From positions 32,210 through 96,209 of the forward strand of contig CAYSDZ010000008.1 of the NCBI GenBank assembly GCA_964429915.1: a DNA stretch of 64,000 nucleotides, written 5' to 3'. The notes under the pieces were generated by a model. It saw nothing but the letters and a program-made list of their open reading frames with translations, searched no databases and was not told the origin of the DNA. The DNA is from an uncultured Alteromonas sp. GTDB taxonomy: Bacteria; Pseudomonadota; Gammaproteobacteria; Enterobacterales; Alteromonadaceae. Shown one piece after another: positions 27,421 to 37,929 of this stretch (its first letter is position 1; each line of letters starts with the position of its first letter). Both the position numbers and the translations under genes were made by a program.

Positions 27421-30400
27421 ATGCCAGTTTTAAAACCGCTTTTAACATGCAGTGCAGCGCTTGCTCTGTTGTTATCTCCGTCGCTTTACGCAGAAAAAAA
27501 AGATGCTAATCCGCTTGCCAGCATACCGCTTCGTACCATTGGGCCAGCTGCTATTTCTGGCCGAGTGTCAGATTTTGCGTTTAACCCAAAAGCAACGAAT
27601 GAGTTTTACGTTGCAACGGCTTCGGGCAATGTGTGGAAAACCACCAACAACATGACAACGTGGACACCGCTATTTGAAAATGAAGGCTCGTATTCTGTGG
27701 GGGTTATTGAAATGGCACCGTCTAACCCTGCAATATTGTGGTTAGGTTCGGGTGAAAACAATGCGCAGCGCTCCGTAGCATATGGAGATGGGGTGTATAA
27801 ATCGCTTGATGGCGGTAAAACGTGGAAAAATATGGGGCTGAAAAACTCGGGCCATATTTCACAAATCTGGATCAACCCAGACAATCAAGAACACGTGTTG
27901 GTAGCCGCACAAGGGCCACTTTGGAGCAACGGTGGCGATCGCGGCCTATACAAAACACTCGATGGTGGAGCAACTTGGCAACGCATTTTAGACATAGACA
28001 AATACACCGGTATTAATGAATTTGTAGTCGACCCTAATAACGTGGATAACATTGTCGCAACCAGTTATCAACGACGTCGCCATGTGTGGACACTCATTAA
28101 CGGAGGCCCCGGCAGTGGCATTCATAAAACCACCAACGGCGGTGAAACCTGGAGTGAGATAAGCTCAGGTTTACCCAAAGACAATATGGGGCGGATAGGT
28201 ATCGCCATGGCACCGTCGGCGAGCCAAATTTTGTACGCCATCATTGAATCTAACGATAAAGAAAAAGGGGTGTATCGCTCTGACAATTTCGGTCAAACTT
28301 GGCAAAAACGCTCAAGCCATATGACTAGCAGCCCACAATATTATAATGAACTGATTGTCGACCCGCATAACCCTGAACGACTTTACTCTGTAGACACCTT
28401 TACTAAAGTGTCTGAAGATGGCGGCAAAACGTTCACATCGCTATCAAACGAATTTCGTCATGTAGACGACCACGCTTTATGGATCGACCCAGCCAATACA
28501 GAGCATCTTATCATTGGTGGAGACGGCGGTGTGTATGAAAGTTGGGATCGTGGACAAAACTGGCGCTGGGCGCAAAACTTACCTATCGCCCAGTTCTACC
28601 GCATTCAACCTGACAATGCGTTTCCGTTTTATAACGTATGTGGCGGCACGCAAGACAATAGCTCGCTCTGTGCTCCCTCGCGCACCGATGTTATTCACGG
28701 TATTACCAATGCCGATTGGAATACCGTCATTGGTGGTGATGGTTACAAACCACAAATCGATCCCAACGATCCGAATATCATTTATGCCCAATACCAGTAT
28801 GGCGGTTTAGCGCGCTATGACAAACGAACACGCGAGCGAGTATCGATTACACCGCATCCGCTAGAGGGCGAAAAAAATTATAAATGGAATTGGAATTCAC
28901 CTATTTTGATCAGTCCGCATAAACCCACGCGTCTGTTTTACGCCGCTGAAAAAGTGTTTCAATCGGATGACCGTGGTGAAAACTGGCAAGCTATCAGCCC
29001 CGATCTCACTCGCAAGGTCGACAGAAACAAGTTGATTGTAATGGACCGAGTATGGAGTGTGGATACCATCGCCAAAAATGCTTCTACTTCCATGTATGGC
29101 TCGATTATTGCGCTAAACGAAAGCCCAATCAAGCAAGGGTTGTTATATGTAGGCACAGACGACGGCTTGATTAGTGTAAGCGAAGATAGCGGTAAAAATT
29201 GGCGTATTCAGGATAGCTTTAAAGGCGTGCCTGATATGTCTTTAGTTGAAGATATTGTGCCATCGCTGCATGAAGAAAACACGGCGTATGCTGTGTTTGA
29301 TAACCATAAGCGTGGCGATTATAAGCCTTACGTTATGAAAACCACCAACAAAGGCAAAAGCTGGAAGCTGATCAGCAACAACCTGCCAGAAAGAGGCTCA
29401 GCGCATACCATTGCCGAAGATCATATCGACCCGAATTTGCTGTTTTTGGGTACGGAATTTGGTTTATTTTTCAGCCAAAATGGCGGCGATACATGGTCTA
29501 AAATGACAGGGAATTTCCCGACTATTTCAGTCCGTGATATTGAAATTCAGCGCCGTGAAAGCGATTTGGTAGTGGGTACTTTTGGCCGCGGTATTTATAT
29601 ATTGGATGATTATTCACCATTACGCACACCGGCTAAGCGTTTGAAAGATAAGGAAGCGACCTTGTTTCCAGTTAAAGACACATGGCTGTATCTTGAGGGA
29701 TATCAGTACGGCGGTGAAGAAAAAGGTTCGAATGGCAACGCCTTTTACACTGCGAATAACCCACACTACGGCGCGGTATTTTCTTTTTACTTAAATGAAG
29801 CTTATAAAACCTTGCAAGAAACAAGGCGCGAGCAGGAAAAAGTGATAGAGAAAGATGGCGGTGATACGCCTTACCCAAGTTGGGAAACCTTGCGTAAAGA
29901 AGATCAGGAAGAAGCGCCTGCGGTATTTCTTGAGGTGAAAGACGCTCAAGGGAAAGTTGTTCGTCGAGTCAATGCCCCTACCTCAAAAGGTTTCCATCGC
30001 GTGGCGTGGGATATGCACTACCCCTCTGCAGCACCAGTGAACTTAAATACATCCAGTGGCTATGTACCACCATGGGCCATTCCCCCTAAAGGACCTATCG
30101 CTTTGCCCGGAGAGTATACGGTGACACTTAAAAAACGCCAATTTGGCAAGCTATCAGACTTATCCGAGCCACAAGCCTTTCAGCTTACGTTGCTGAATAA
30201 TAGCCCTGAGATCACCTCTGACCGAGAGGCCTTACTTGCAGTTCAGCAGCGAGCAGCCAATTTACTGCGTTCGGTGAGAGGAGCGTCAAAGGCACAGCGC
30301 GAACTTACCGACCGCATTAAGCACTTAAAAGCGGCCGTTGATCTGACGCCTTCGGCTACCGAAGAGCAGGCGCAAAAGGTCAGGGACTTGGCTGCGCGAA

Positions 30401-30687
30401 TGGTAACTTTAACTACATTGTTGAATGGTGATGCGACGGTACGCGCAAGGCATGAACCCACTCAGTGGTCGGTTGCAGGTAGAACCTCAAGTTTATATGG
30501 GGCAATTAGTGGCTCGCAAAATCGTATATCTGGGAATCATTTAGCTTCATTGGAGATAGCGGAAGCAGAATACACAAGAGTTGCTGATCAGCTGCGAGCG
30601 TTGCAGACTGAGCTTAACGAGCTTGAGGCTGAACTTGAAGCGCTAGGCGCACCATGGACACCAGGGCGTATTCCAAGCATTTCATAG
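27421..30687 (+). CDS. VPS10/BNR Asp-box repeat protein (WD40/YVTN-like glycosyl hydrolase family)
   Basis: Start placed at MPVLKP with a signal peptide; repeated S/T-x-D-G-G-x-T-W Asp boxes; GRVSD; GGTQDN. Confidence 0.88.
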   Translation: MPVLKPLLTCSAALALLLSPSLYAEKKDANPLASIPLRTIGPAAISGRVSDFAFNPKATNEFYVATASGNVWKTTNNMTTWTPLFENEGSYSVGVIEMAPSNPAILWLGSGENNAQRSVAYGDGVYKSLDGGKTWKNMGLKNSGHISQIWINPDNQEHVLVAAQGPLWSNGGDRGLYKTLDGGATWQRILDIDKYTGINEFVVDPNNVDNIVATSYQRRRHVWTLINGGPGSGIHKTTNGGETWSEISSGLPKDNMGRIGIAMAPSASQILYAIIESNDKEKGVYRSDNFGQTWQKRSSHMTSSPQYYNELIVDPHNPERLYSVDTFTKVSEDGGKTFTSLSNEFRHVDDHALWIDPANTEHLIIGGDGGVYESWDRGQNWRWAQNLPIAQFYRIQPDNAFPFYNVCGGTQDNSSLCAPSRTDVIHGITNADWNTVIGGDGYKPQIDPNDPNIIYAQYQYGGLARYDKRTRERVSITPHPLEGEKNYKWNWNSPILISPHKPTRLFYAAEKVFQSDDRGENWQAISPDLTRKVDRNKLIVMDRVWSVDTIAKNASTSMYGSIIALNESPIKQGLLYVGTDDGLISVSEDSGKNWRIQDSFKGVPDMSLVEDIVPSLHEENTAYAVFDNHKRGDYKPYVMKTTNKGKSWKLISNNLPERGSAHTIAEDHIDPNLLFLGTEFGLFFSQNGGDTWSKMTGNFPTISVRDIEIQRRESDLVVGTFGRGIYILDDYSPLRTPAKRLKDKEATLFPVKDTWLYLEGYQYGGEEKGSNGNAFYTANNPHYGAVFSFYLNEAYKTLQETRREQEKVIEKDGGDTPYPSWETLRKEDQEEAPAVFLEVKDAQGKVVRRVNAPTSKGFHRVAWDMHYPSAAPVNLNTSSGYVPPWAIPPKGPIALPGEYTVTLKKRQFGKLSDLSEPQAFQLTLLNNSPEITSDREALLAVQQRAANLLRSVRGASKAQRELTDRIKHLKAAVDLTPSATEEQAQKVRDLAARMVTLTTLLNGDATVRARHEPTQWSVAGRTSSLYGAISGSQNRISGNHLASLEIAEAEYTRVADQLRALQTELNELEAELEALGAPWTPGRIPSIS

Positions 30688-30710
30688 CTTTTTAAGTATT
30701 ATTAAAAATT

Positions 30711-30740
30711 AAAGCCACCTTGATTTCGGTGGCTTTTTTG
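30711..30740. terminator. Terminator between convergent genes
   Basis: AAAGCCACC-ttgatttc-GGTGGCTTT plus a T run. Confidence 0.8.
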
Positions 30741-30744
30741 TTTT

Positions 30745-32724
30745 TTAACGAAGCAAATGTAAAAAATGCTGATGGCGATGATATTGGTCGATAATATCGT
30801 TGATCACTGCTACTTTTGACCAGCCCATAATATCGTAATCTTGCCCGCCCTCAGCGAGATGTACTTCGGCACGATAATACAGGGTTTCATCATCGTCGTC
30901 GTTGTCTTCTACTTCGGCTGACGCAAAATCGGGTTGCTGATATTTTTGTCTGTATACTGAATACACAAAATCGTGCTCATCGCCATGCATTACTGTTAAA
31001 ACAAAACCGCGTTTTTCTCGTGTTATGCTTGCTTCGATTTGATGCGTGTCTAAGGTGCTTTTCACCTCCTCAAACGCACGTAATACGATATTGTCTAAAA
31101 ACGTCTCAACCGCTGTTTTGTTAGGAAAGTTTACAATATTGGTCAGTCTTTCTTGCCAACTGGCAGGGGAGTTGTTTGTGGCTTGCGGAACGTTGTTTAT
31201 CTGCATACTTTCTCGTTTGTAGGCTTCTATACGTAACGCTTTTATCAGCCCCAACATAGACAACAATAACACAATTGAAAACGGTAACGCAGTGGCAATG
31301 GTCATGGTTTGAAGCGCATTTAATCCGCCTGCATATAGCAAAATAGCAGCGACAACACCTACCGCAGTCGCCCAATATATTCTTTGCCATAAGGCTGTTT
31401 TATCGTCGCCATTTGAACACAGCATGTTAACTACCATCGCACCTGAATCACAGGATGTGACAAAAAACACCACAATCATTAAGGTAGCAAGCAAGGATAC
31501 AAACGCCGAGAAAGGAAATTGTTCTAAAAACACAAAAAGTGCCACCGCAGAATCTTGCTGGACCATTTGGGCGACTTCAACAATATTTTGGTTGATAACC
31601 ATATCAATTGCGCTGTTACCAAAAAAGGTCATCCATGTTAGCGTAAACGCAGTGGGGATTAACATCACGCCTAAGATGAATTCTCGTATAGTACGGCCGC
31701 GCGATATCCTCGCGATGAACAATCCCACAAAAGGTGCCCAAGCTATCCACCACCCCCAATAGAATATGGTCCAGCCACCAAACCACTCATTTTTTTCATA
31801 GGCGAATAAATTAAACGTGTTATGCACCATATCAGACAAATACGCCCCAGTATTTTGTACTAATGCCTGAAGTAAAAAAATGGTGGGTCCAAGTAACATC
31901 ACCATCACTAACAAGACAACAGCTAACACCATGTTGAGTTCAGATAGCCGTCGGATGCCTTTGTCTAAGCCTGTCGCTACAGAAATAACGGCTAGCAAGG
32001 TAACCACAAACATAATGCACAGCTGTTCGCTTAGTCCTATATTTAGGCCAAACATGTAATTAAAACCAGAATTAACTTGTGTAGCCCCTAGTCCCAATGA
32101 AGTCGCGACTCCGAAAATCGTGCTGACCACTGCAAAAATATCCACCCAATGGCCCCACCAACCATAAATTTTGTCGCCAATAAGCGGATACAGTGCACTG
32201 CGTAAGGTAAGAGGAAGGTTATGCCGATAGGCAAAGTAGGCAAGAATTAACGCCACAATCGTGTAAATGGCCCATGCATGAAATCCCCAATGGAAAAAGG
32301 TCATTTTCATTGCTTCTTTCGCCGCTTCTACAGAATTGGGCTCAGCGGTAGGAGGAGACGTAAAATGCATGATGGGTTCGGCAACACCGAAAAACATTAA
32401 ACCTATGCCCATCCCTGCAGCAAAAAGCATCGACAGCCAAGTCAATCTGTTGTAGTCGGGCGTCGCGTGGTCCGGGCCGAGTTTTATATCACCATAGCGC
32501 GATAGCCCTAGATACGCAGTTAAAACCAGAATGATTGCCACGCTAGTTACGTAAAACCAACTGGCGTTTTCAACAATGCCGCTTTGCACAGTTTTAAACA
32601 CTGAGTCTGCGTTGGAGGGGAAAAATGCAGCAAAAAACAAAAGCAGCACAATACTGCCTGATGCTGGAAAAAAGACATAACGATTAAATGATGTAGATGA
32701 TTTTTGCGACACCAATAAACTCAT
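30745..32724 (-). CDS. BCCT-family (BetT-like) choline/betaine transporter with a long C-terminal domain
   Basis: WLSMLFAAGMGIGLMFFGVAEP, FFHWGFHAWAIY, WTIFYWGWWIAWAPFVGLFIARISRGRT; C-terminal YRAEVHLAEGGQDYDIMG. Confidence 0.93.
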   Translation of the reverse strand: MSLLVSQKSSTSFNRYVFFPASGSIVLLLFFAAFFPSNADSVFKTVQSGIVENASWFYVTSVAIILVLTAYLGLSRYGDIKLGPDHATPDYNRLTWLSMLFAAGMGIGLMFFGVAEPIMHFTSPPTAEPNSVEAAKEAMKMTFFHWGFHAWAIYTIVALILAYFAYRHNLPLTLRSALYPLIGDKIYGWWGHWVDIFAVVSTIFGVATSLGLGATQVNSGFNYMFGLNIGLSEQLCIMFVVTLLAVISVATGLDKGIRRLSELNMVLAVVLLVMVMLLGPTIFLLQALVQNTGAYLSDMVHNTFNLFAYEKNEWFGGWTIFYWGWWIAWAPFVGLFIARISRGRTIREFILGVMLIPTAFTLTWMTFFGNSAIDMVINQNIVEVAQMVQQDSAVALFVFLEQFPFSAFVSLLATLMIVVFFVTSCDSGAMVVNMLCSNGDDKTALWQRIYWATAVGVVAAILLYAGGLNALQTMTIATALPFSIVLLLSMLGLIKALRIEAYKRESMQINNVPQATNNSPASWQERLTNIVNFPNKTAVETFLDNIVLRAFEEVKSTLDTHQIEASITREKRGFVLTVMHGDEHDFVYSVYRQKYQQPDFASAEVEDNDDDDETLYYRAEVHLAEGGQDYDIMGWSKVAVINDIIDQYHRHQHFLHLLR

Positions 32725-32967
32725 AAAATAGGTTTAGCTATAACTAATAAGATACCAGTCTTTACTCAAATACTCAGCTTAAAAAAGCAAAATAATCAAA
32801 AAGTAAAAACTAAAGCCGCAAAAAGTAGGCTTTTTATTCCAGTTTTATTTTCAAATGTCGATGAAAGACCTCTTCAATATTAATTAGAACTCTAATTTAT
32901 TTGATATTTAAATCCACATCACTATCCTATAGGTAAAGTTATTAAAAATTATCCCTAGGGAAACACA

Positions 32968-35625
32968 ATGCACACATATACCAAACTGAGCTGCGCGATT
33001 TTAGCGGCTTTGTCTACTGGCTCAGTACTCGCCCAGCAGTCACAAGCAGAAAAACCACCAAAAGCAGAGATAGAAACCATTGAAGTAACCGCAACGAAAA
33101 GAACAGAATCCATCCAAGATGTTCCTGTTGCAGTTTCTGCCTTAAGTGGCAAGGCGCTAGACCAGTTGGGTGTAGACAACTTTCAAGACTACGTTGAATT
33201 CCTACCTAATGTCGTGTTTCAAGGCACAGGACCCGGACAAAACGAAATTTATATTCGCGGTGCGGCTACAACTCAAACAGGAATAGCAGTTTCATCGGTT
33301 CAGGCTATTCAACCTGCCGTCGCATTTTATTTAGACGAGCAACCCGTTAGTATGCAGGGGCGAAATTTAGATATATTTGCCACTGATGTTCAACGAGTCG
33401 AAGTCTTACCAGGACCTCAGGGTACGTTGTTTGGTGCGAGTTCACAGTCAGGTACGGTAAGGCTTATTACCAACAAGCCAGATCACAGTGGCTTTTCAGC
33501 CAGTGTGGATATTGATACGGGGTTTACTCAAGGCGGAGAACTGAGCAATACCGTTGAAGCAATGATGAATTTGGCGCTGACCGATAAACTAGCAGTACGA
33601 GTGGCCGCTTATAACGACCGACAAGGTGGATGGATAGACAACATCGCAAATGATCCTAATAACGGCGGTTTCATAGGGAGTGCGGTGGTTATCGATCGTA
33701 TTTCAGGTGGTGTTTTGGCAGACCCAGAAAATACCCCAGTTGCGCCTCCTAATAACGATGAATTGGTTGAAGACGACTTTAACGACGCAGTGTACAGTGG
33801 TGCACGGTTGGGTTTGTCGTATTTAATAAACGACGATTGGTCATTACTGCTGCAACACACAGAGCAAACTCTGGAAACGGAAGGCGTGTTTGCTTACGAT
33901 CCCAATTTGGACGGCGAAAGCTCAACTAATCGTTTTATTGATGAAGGTAACGAAGACAATTTTGGCCTAACCACATGGACCTTGGAAGGTCGATTGAATC
34001 AGTTAGAAATCATCTATACCGGTGGATATTTAAATCGCGATATCAATTCGACTATCGATTACACAGGCTATACCAATGGTGGTCTATTTTCCGCATTTTA
34101 TACCTGTTCTTACGCAGGACTTCCGGCAGAGGAACAAGCTTGTTTTGACCCTACTGGGTTTTATCAAGAAGACACAGAAACCAACCGTATCACCCACGAA
34201 TTACGTGTTGTTACAGATGCGGATAAGCGCTGGCGCGTAACAGCGGGCTTGTTTTATGATGACCAAGAAGTCAATACGGTCGGCCAATTCCAATTAGGTT
34301 CGCTAGATATCGAAGGGTTTAGAAACAACAGCACCACACTGGTTGGTACCGAGGGCATCAATAGCGACGGCGGTCCATTTGGTCCAGAAGTCAGTTTTGT
34401 GAATGATGTACAGCACGCGATTGAACAAATAGCCGTATTCGGACAACTCGATTTTGATATTACCGACAAGCTCACTGCAAGTTTTGGCGCTCGTTGGTAT
34501 CAGATTGATGATATTTATCGAGGCTCAACGTCGACGGTAGATGTTACGCGCCGCATTCGGGCCTTTGGCACCTTAGATCCCGATGAACTGCGAGCGGTTG
34601 GAGAAGATCCAGTATTGGTCAATGAAGCCATAAATAATGGGCAGCTAGATGTCAGTTTATTGGGCAGTGATGGGGTGTTAACCGTTGACGATACGATTTT
34701 TAAATTTGGCTTAGATTACAAAGTATCTGATGATATTTTGGTGTTTGCTAATTACTCAGAGGGTTTTAGACCCCCTGTGACTAACCGAGTGGGTGGTGGG
34801 TTGTCTACCAGTCAACAAGGCGCGTTTGAAGGCTTCCGTATTCCGGTTTATTCCTTAACCGATACGCTAGATAATTACGAAATTGGTTTAAAGGGCGATT
34901 TCTTCGATGGTTTAGTGCGGTTGAATGCAACGGCTTACTACTCACAAATTACTGATTTACAAACGTCTCGATTCGATCCCACCAATATCAGTTTCCTTGT
35001 TTTTACCGACAACGTGGGCGACGCGGAAATCCGCGGCTTGGATGCTGAAATTACTTGGCTTGCAACAGACGACTTGATCATCGACGCAGCATTCAGTTTA
35101 CTTGACACGGAGCTAAGTGCTGTAAATCCAGAATTAGACGGCATTGCACCACCGGTAGGCAGTCAACTGCCTTTTTCTGCCGAATTTAGTGGTAACATTC
35201 GAGCGCGCTATTTCTTTGAACTTTCCGGTGGTTACAATGGCTACATGAATGCGTCTTTGAGCTACACCGGCGATCGACTGACTGGTTTAGTGTCTGACGC
35301 TTTTGTAATGGAAGATGCGACCAGATTGATTTTTGGTCAAGGCTCTGGACTAGAAATACACCAAGACGCGGCTACGTTTGCGGGCGTGAACTACACTGAT
35401 ACTAATGGTAACACGTTCGCAGCAGGGCGTTACGTAGCACAATCATATGTGCTTGCTAACCTTTCGGTAGGTGTGAGTAAAGACGATTGGTCGGCTGAGT
35501 TGTATATCAACAACCTTACCAATGAGAATGCTGAATTATATATCGACACCCAACAATTTACGCCTAAGGTTGTCACGAATCGCCCTCGAACCATTGGGGT
35601 GCGCTTGTCTTACGACTTCTATTAA
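32968..35625 (+). CDS. TonB-dependent receptor
   Basis: IETIEVTATKRTESIQDVPVAV, VEVLPGPQGTLFGASS, C-terminal RPRTIGVRLSYDFY. Confidence 0.95.
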   Translation: MHTYTKLSCAILAALSTGSVLAQQSQAEKPPKAEIETIEVTATKRTESIQDVPVAVSALSGKALDQLGVDNFQDYVEFLPNVVFQGTGPGQNEIYIRGAATTQTGIAVSSVQAIQPAVAFYLDEQPVSMQGRNLDIFATDVQRVEVLPGPQGTLFGASSQSGTVRLITNKPDHSGFSASVDIDTGFTQGGELSNTVEAMMNLALTDKLAVRVAAYNDRQGGWIDNIANDPNNGGFIGSAVVIDRISGGVLADPENTPVAPPNNDELVEDDFNDAVYSGARLGLSYLINDDWSLLLQHTEQTLETEGVFAYDPNLDGESSTNRFIDEGNEDNFGLTTWTLEGRLNQLEIIYTGGYLNRDINSTIDYTGYTNGGLFSAFYTCSYAGLPAEEQACFDPTGFYQEDTETNRITHELRVVTDADKRWRVTAGLFYDDQEVNTVGQFQLGSLDIEGFRNNSTTLVGTEGINSDGGPFGPEVSFVNDVQHAIEQIAVFGQLDFDITDKLTASFGARWYQIDDIYRGSTSTVDVTRRIRAFGTLDPDELRAVGEDPVLVNEAINNGQLDVSLLGSDGVLTVDDTIFKFGLDYKVSDDILVFANYSEGFRPPVTNRVGGGLSTSQQGAFEGFRIPVYSLTDTLDNYEIGLKGDFFDGLVRLNATAYYSQITDLQTSRFDPTNISFLVFTDNVGDAEIRGLDAEITWLATDDLIIDAAFSLLDTELSAVNPELDGIAPPVGSQLPFSAEFSGNIRARYFFELSGGYNGYMNASLSYTGDRLTGLVSDAFVMEDATRLIFGQGSGLEIHQDAATFAGVNYTDTNGNTFAAGRYVAQSYVLANLSVGVSKDDWSAELYINNLTNENAELYIDTQQFTPKVVTNRPRTIGVRLSYDFY

Positions 35626-35628
35626 ACC

Positions 35629-37611
35629 TTGAATCAGGTTAACGAGACCAACAATAACACGGTACTGGCCAACGCAAAATCTGCGTTGGCAAAAGGCCAG
35701 TTTGATGTTGTTATTACTCTATGCAAAGGCATTTCGTTTGACGAGTTGAGTCGTCAACAATATGTCGATGTTCATTACGTTTTGGCAGTAGCGTTTCGCT
35801 ACACTCAGCAATATGAACAAGCACTCGACGCTTTATCAAGTTTGCAACAAAAGAAGGCTGATCATGCTCGAAGCTGGCAGGAGCAAGGGTATGTGTATGT
35901 TGCGTTAAGTCAATGGAAATCAGCTGCACAAGCTTTTCATCAGGCAACTGTCCTCAATCCTGCATTGGTTACAAGTTGGCGAGCACTGCTTTCTTTATAC
36001 GAAAAACACAATACGATATTTAATGCTGAATTGCTGAAAAATGCCAAACAACAATTTAGCTTTTGGCAAAATTTAGCAAAGCCGTTACAAGGCGCCGCTG
36101 ATTTGCTCTACAGTGAAGAAATTGAGAAAGCCGATAAAGTATGTAGACATTTTTTACAGCAGCATAAACATCATGCCGAGGGGCTGTATGTTCTGGCTTT
36201 GATTGATATTCAAAATAAGCAATACGACGAAGCTGAGTTTTTACTAGAAAGTTGCTGTGAACTCGCACCAAATTTTGAGCGTGCAAGAGCTGAGTACGCG
36301 GCCTTACTAAACCGCATTGGTAAATATCAACTTGCTCTTGAACAGGTACAACAGTTGTTACAAGGCCAAGCTGATAATTTAAGTTATCTGGTATTGTCAG
36401 GCGTAGCAAATGCAGGCTTAGGACACAGCAAAAAGGCGATAGAACAATTTAATTCTGTACTGGCTACAGAACCACAGAGGGCAGGTTTATGGGTGCAATT
36501 GGGGCACGTTCAAAAGTCGCTAGGGAGCTTAGAAGAGGCTCAACATGCTTATAAACAAGCACTGAAATACCGCTCGAACTACGGCGATGCCTATTGGTCG
36601 CTTGCGAACACCAAATCATATCAATTTTCTGAAGACGAACTGAATACAATGCAGCAGTTGTTGCAGACGCCTCTCGCATACGAAGACCGTTATCATATTG
36701 AATTTGCATTGGGCAAAGGCTTCGAAGATAAAGGCGACTCAACCCGAGCGTTTGAATATTATTTGCAAGGCAATACGCATCAATATGAAGTAAGCCAATA
36801 CGCACCAGAGTTATTTACTGAACAAGTCAACCGGCATATTCAGTTTTTTACTCAAGCTTACTTTGAACAACATACCAAAAGCGGCTTTCCAGACCCCGCA
36901 CCTATTTTTATTTTAGGGTTGCCCCGGGCAGGATCAACCTTGTTAGAGCAAATTTTAAGTTCACATTCTAAAGTCGATGCAACCCTAGAGCTGCATAATA
37001 TACTAAGCCTAGCAAAACGCTTGAACAGACAAGGCCAGTACCCAGAAACGTTAGTACAGACTAATCCAGACTATTTTTATCAATTCGGCGAACAATATAT
37101 TCGACAAACAAAAGCCTATCGTAAAGACGGTGTGTTTTTTATTGATAAAATGCCAAACAACTTTCTCCATGTTGGGCTGATAAAACTTATTTTGCCTAAT
37201 GCAAAGATCATCGACGCAAGGCGTGACTCGATGGACTGTTGCTACAGCTGCTTCAAACAGCTTTTTGCTGAAGGACAAGATTTTACCTATGATCTCACTG
37301 CATTGGGGCGTTACTACAAAGATTATGAGAAGCTTATGGCACACTGGGATGAAGTGCTTCCTGGTTTTGTGTTACGGGTTCAACACGAGCAAATCCTTAA
37401 TGATTTAGGCGCGCAAGTAGATCGAATGCTTCACTTTTGCGAGCTCGAGTTTGAAGATGCCTGTTTAACTTTCTACAATAATCAAAGAGCAGTGCAAACA
37501 CCTAGCGCTGCTCAAGTAAGAAAGCCAATTAATAAAGAGGGTGTTGGTAAGTGGAAACCAGTGCAAGATAACTTACAATCTTTGATTCAAGCGCTCTCAA
37601 ACACCACATGA
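35629..37611 (+). CDS. TPR-repeat sulfotransferase-family protein
   Basis: N-terminal TPRs; PAPS-binding PIFILGLPRAGSTLLEQILSSHS; FIDKMPNN; QTPSAAQVRKPI. Confidence 0.9.
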   Translation: MNQVNETNNNTVLANAKSALAKGQFDVVITLCKGISFDELSRQQYVDVHYVLAVAFRYTQQYEQALDALSSLQQKKADHARSWQEQGYVYVALSQWKSAAQAFHQATVLNPALVTSWRALLSLYEKHNTIFNAELLKNAKQQFSFWQNLAKPLQGAADLLYSEEIEKADKVCRHFLQQHKHHAEGLYVLALIDIQNKQYDEAEFLLESCCELAPNFERARAEYAALLNRIGKYQLALEQVQQLLQGQADNLSYLVLSGVANAGLGHSKKAIEQFNSVLATEPQRAGLWVQLGHVQKSLGSLEEAQHAYKQALKYRSNYGDAYWSLANTKSYQFSEDELNTMQQLLQTPLAYEDRYHIEFALGKGFEDKGDSTRAFEYYLQGNTHQYEVSQYAPELFTEQVNRHIQFFTQAYFEQHTKSGFPDPAPIFILGLPRAGSTLLEQILSSHSKVDATLELHNILSLAKRLNRQGQYPETLVQTNPDYFYQFGEQYIRQTKAYRKDGVFFIDKMPNNFLHVGLIKLILPNAKIIDARRDSMDCCYSCFKQLFAEGQDFTYDLTALGRYYKDYEKLMAHWDEVLPGFVLRVQHEQILNDLGAQVDRMLHFCELEFEDACLTFYNNQRAVQTPSAAQVRKPINKEGVGKWKPVQDNLQSLIQALSNTT

Positions 37612-37929
37612 ATCACGGAATTCTCACAACCCCCTAACAAAATGTATATTATTTGATCGCAAAGTAAATGAATGTGTTATTTATGTTGTATACTATAGAT
37701 AGTGAAAGTCTTAAATTCTGTGTTCTCTAGCTTTTTCTTATCTATGAATTAGCGTGAAATATTGCATCTTGGATATTTGACAATTTTTATTATTTAATTA
37801 ACCTCTCGTTAAATTAAATGTAAATATCAAACATTAAGTTTACTTAAAATAACAATCACGTGTCTTCTGTTTAAATTGCATACAACGTGCTTTAGACGTT
37901 TTTGCTAAGTGTAAAAAGTGAGTGGTAAT

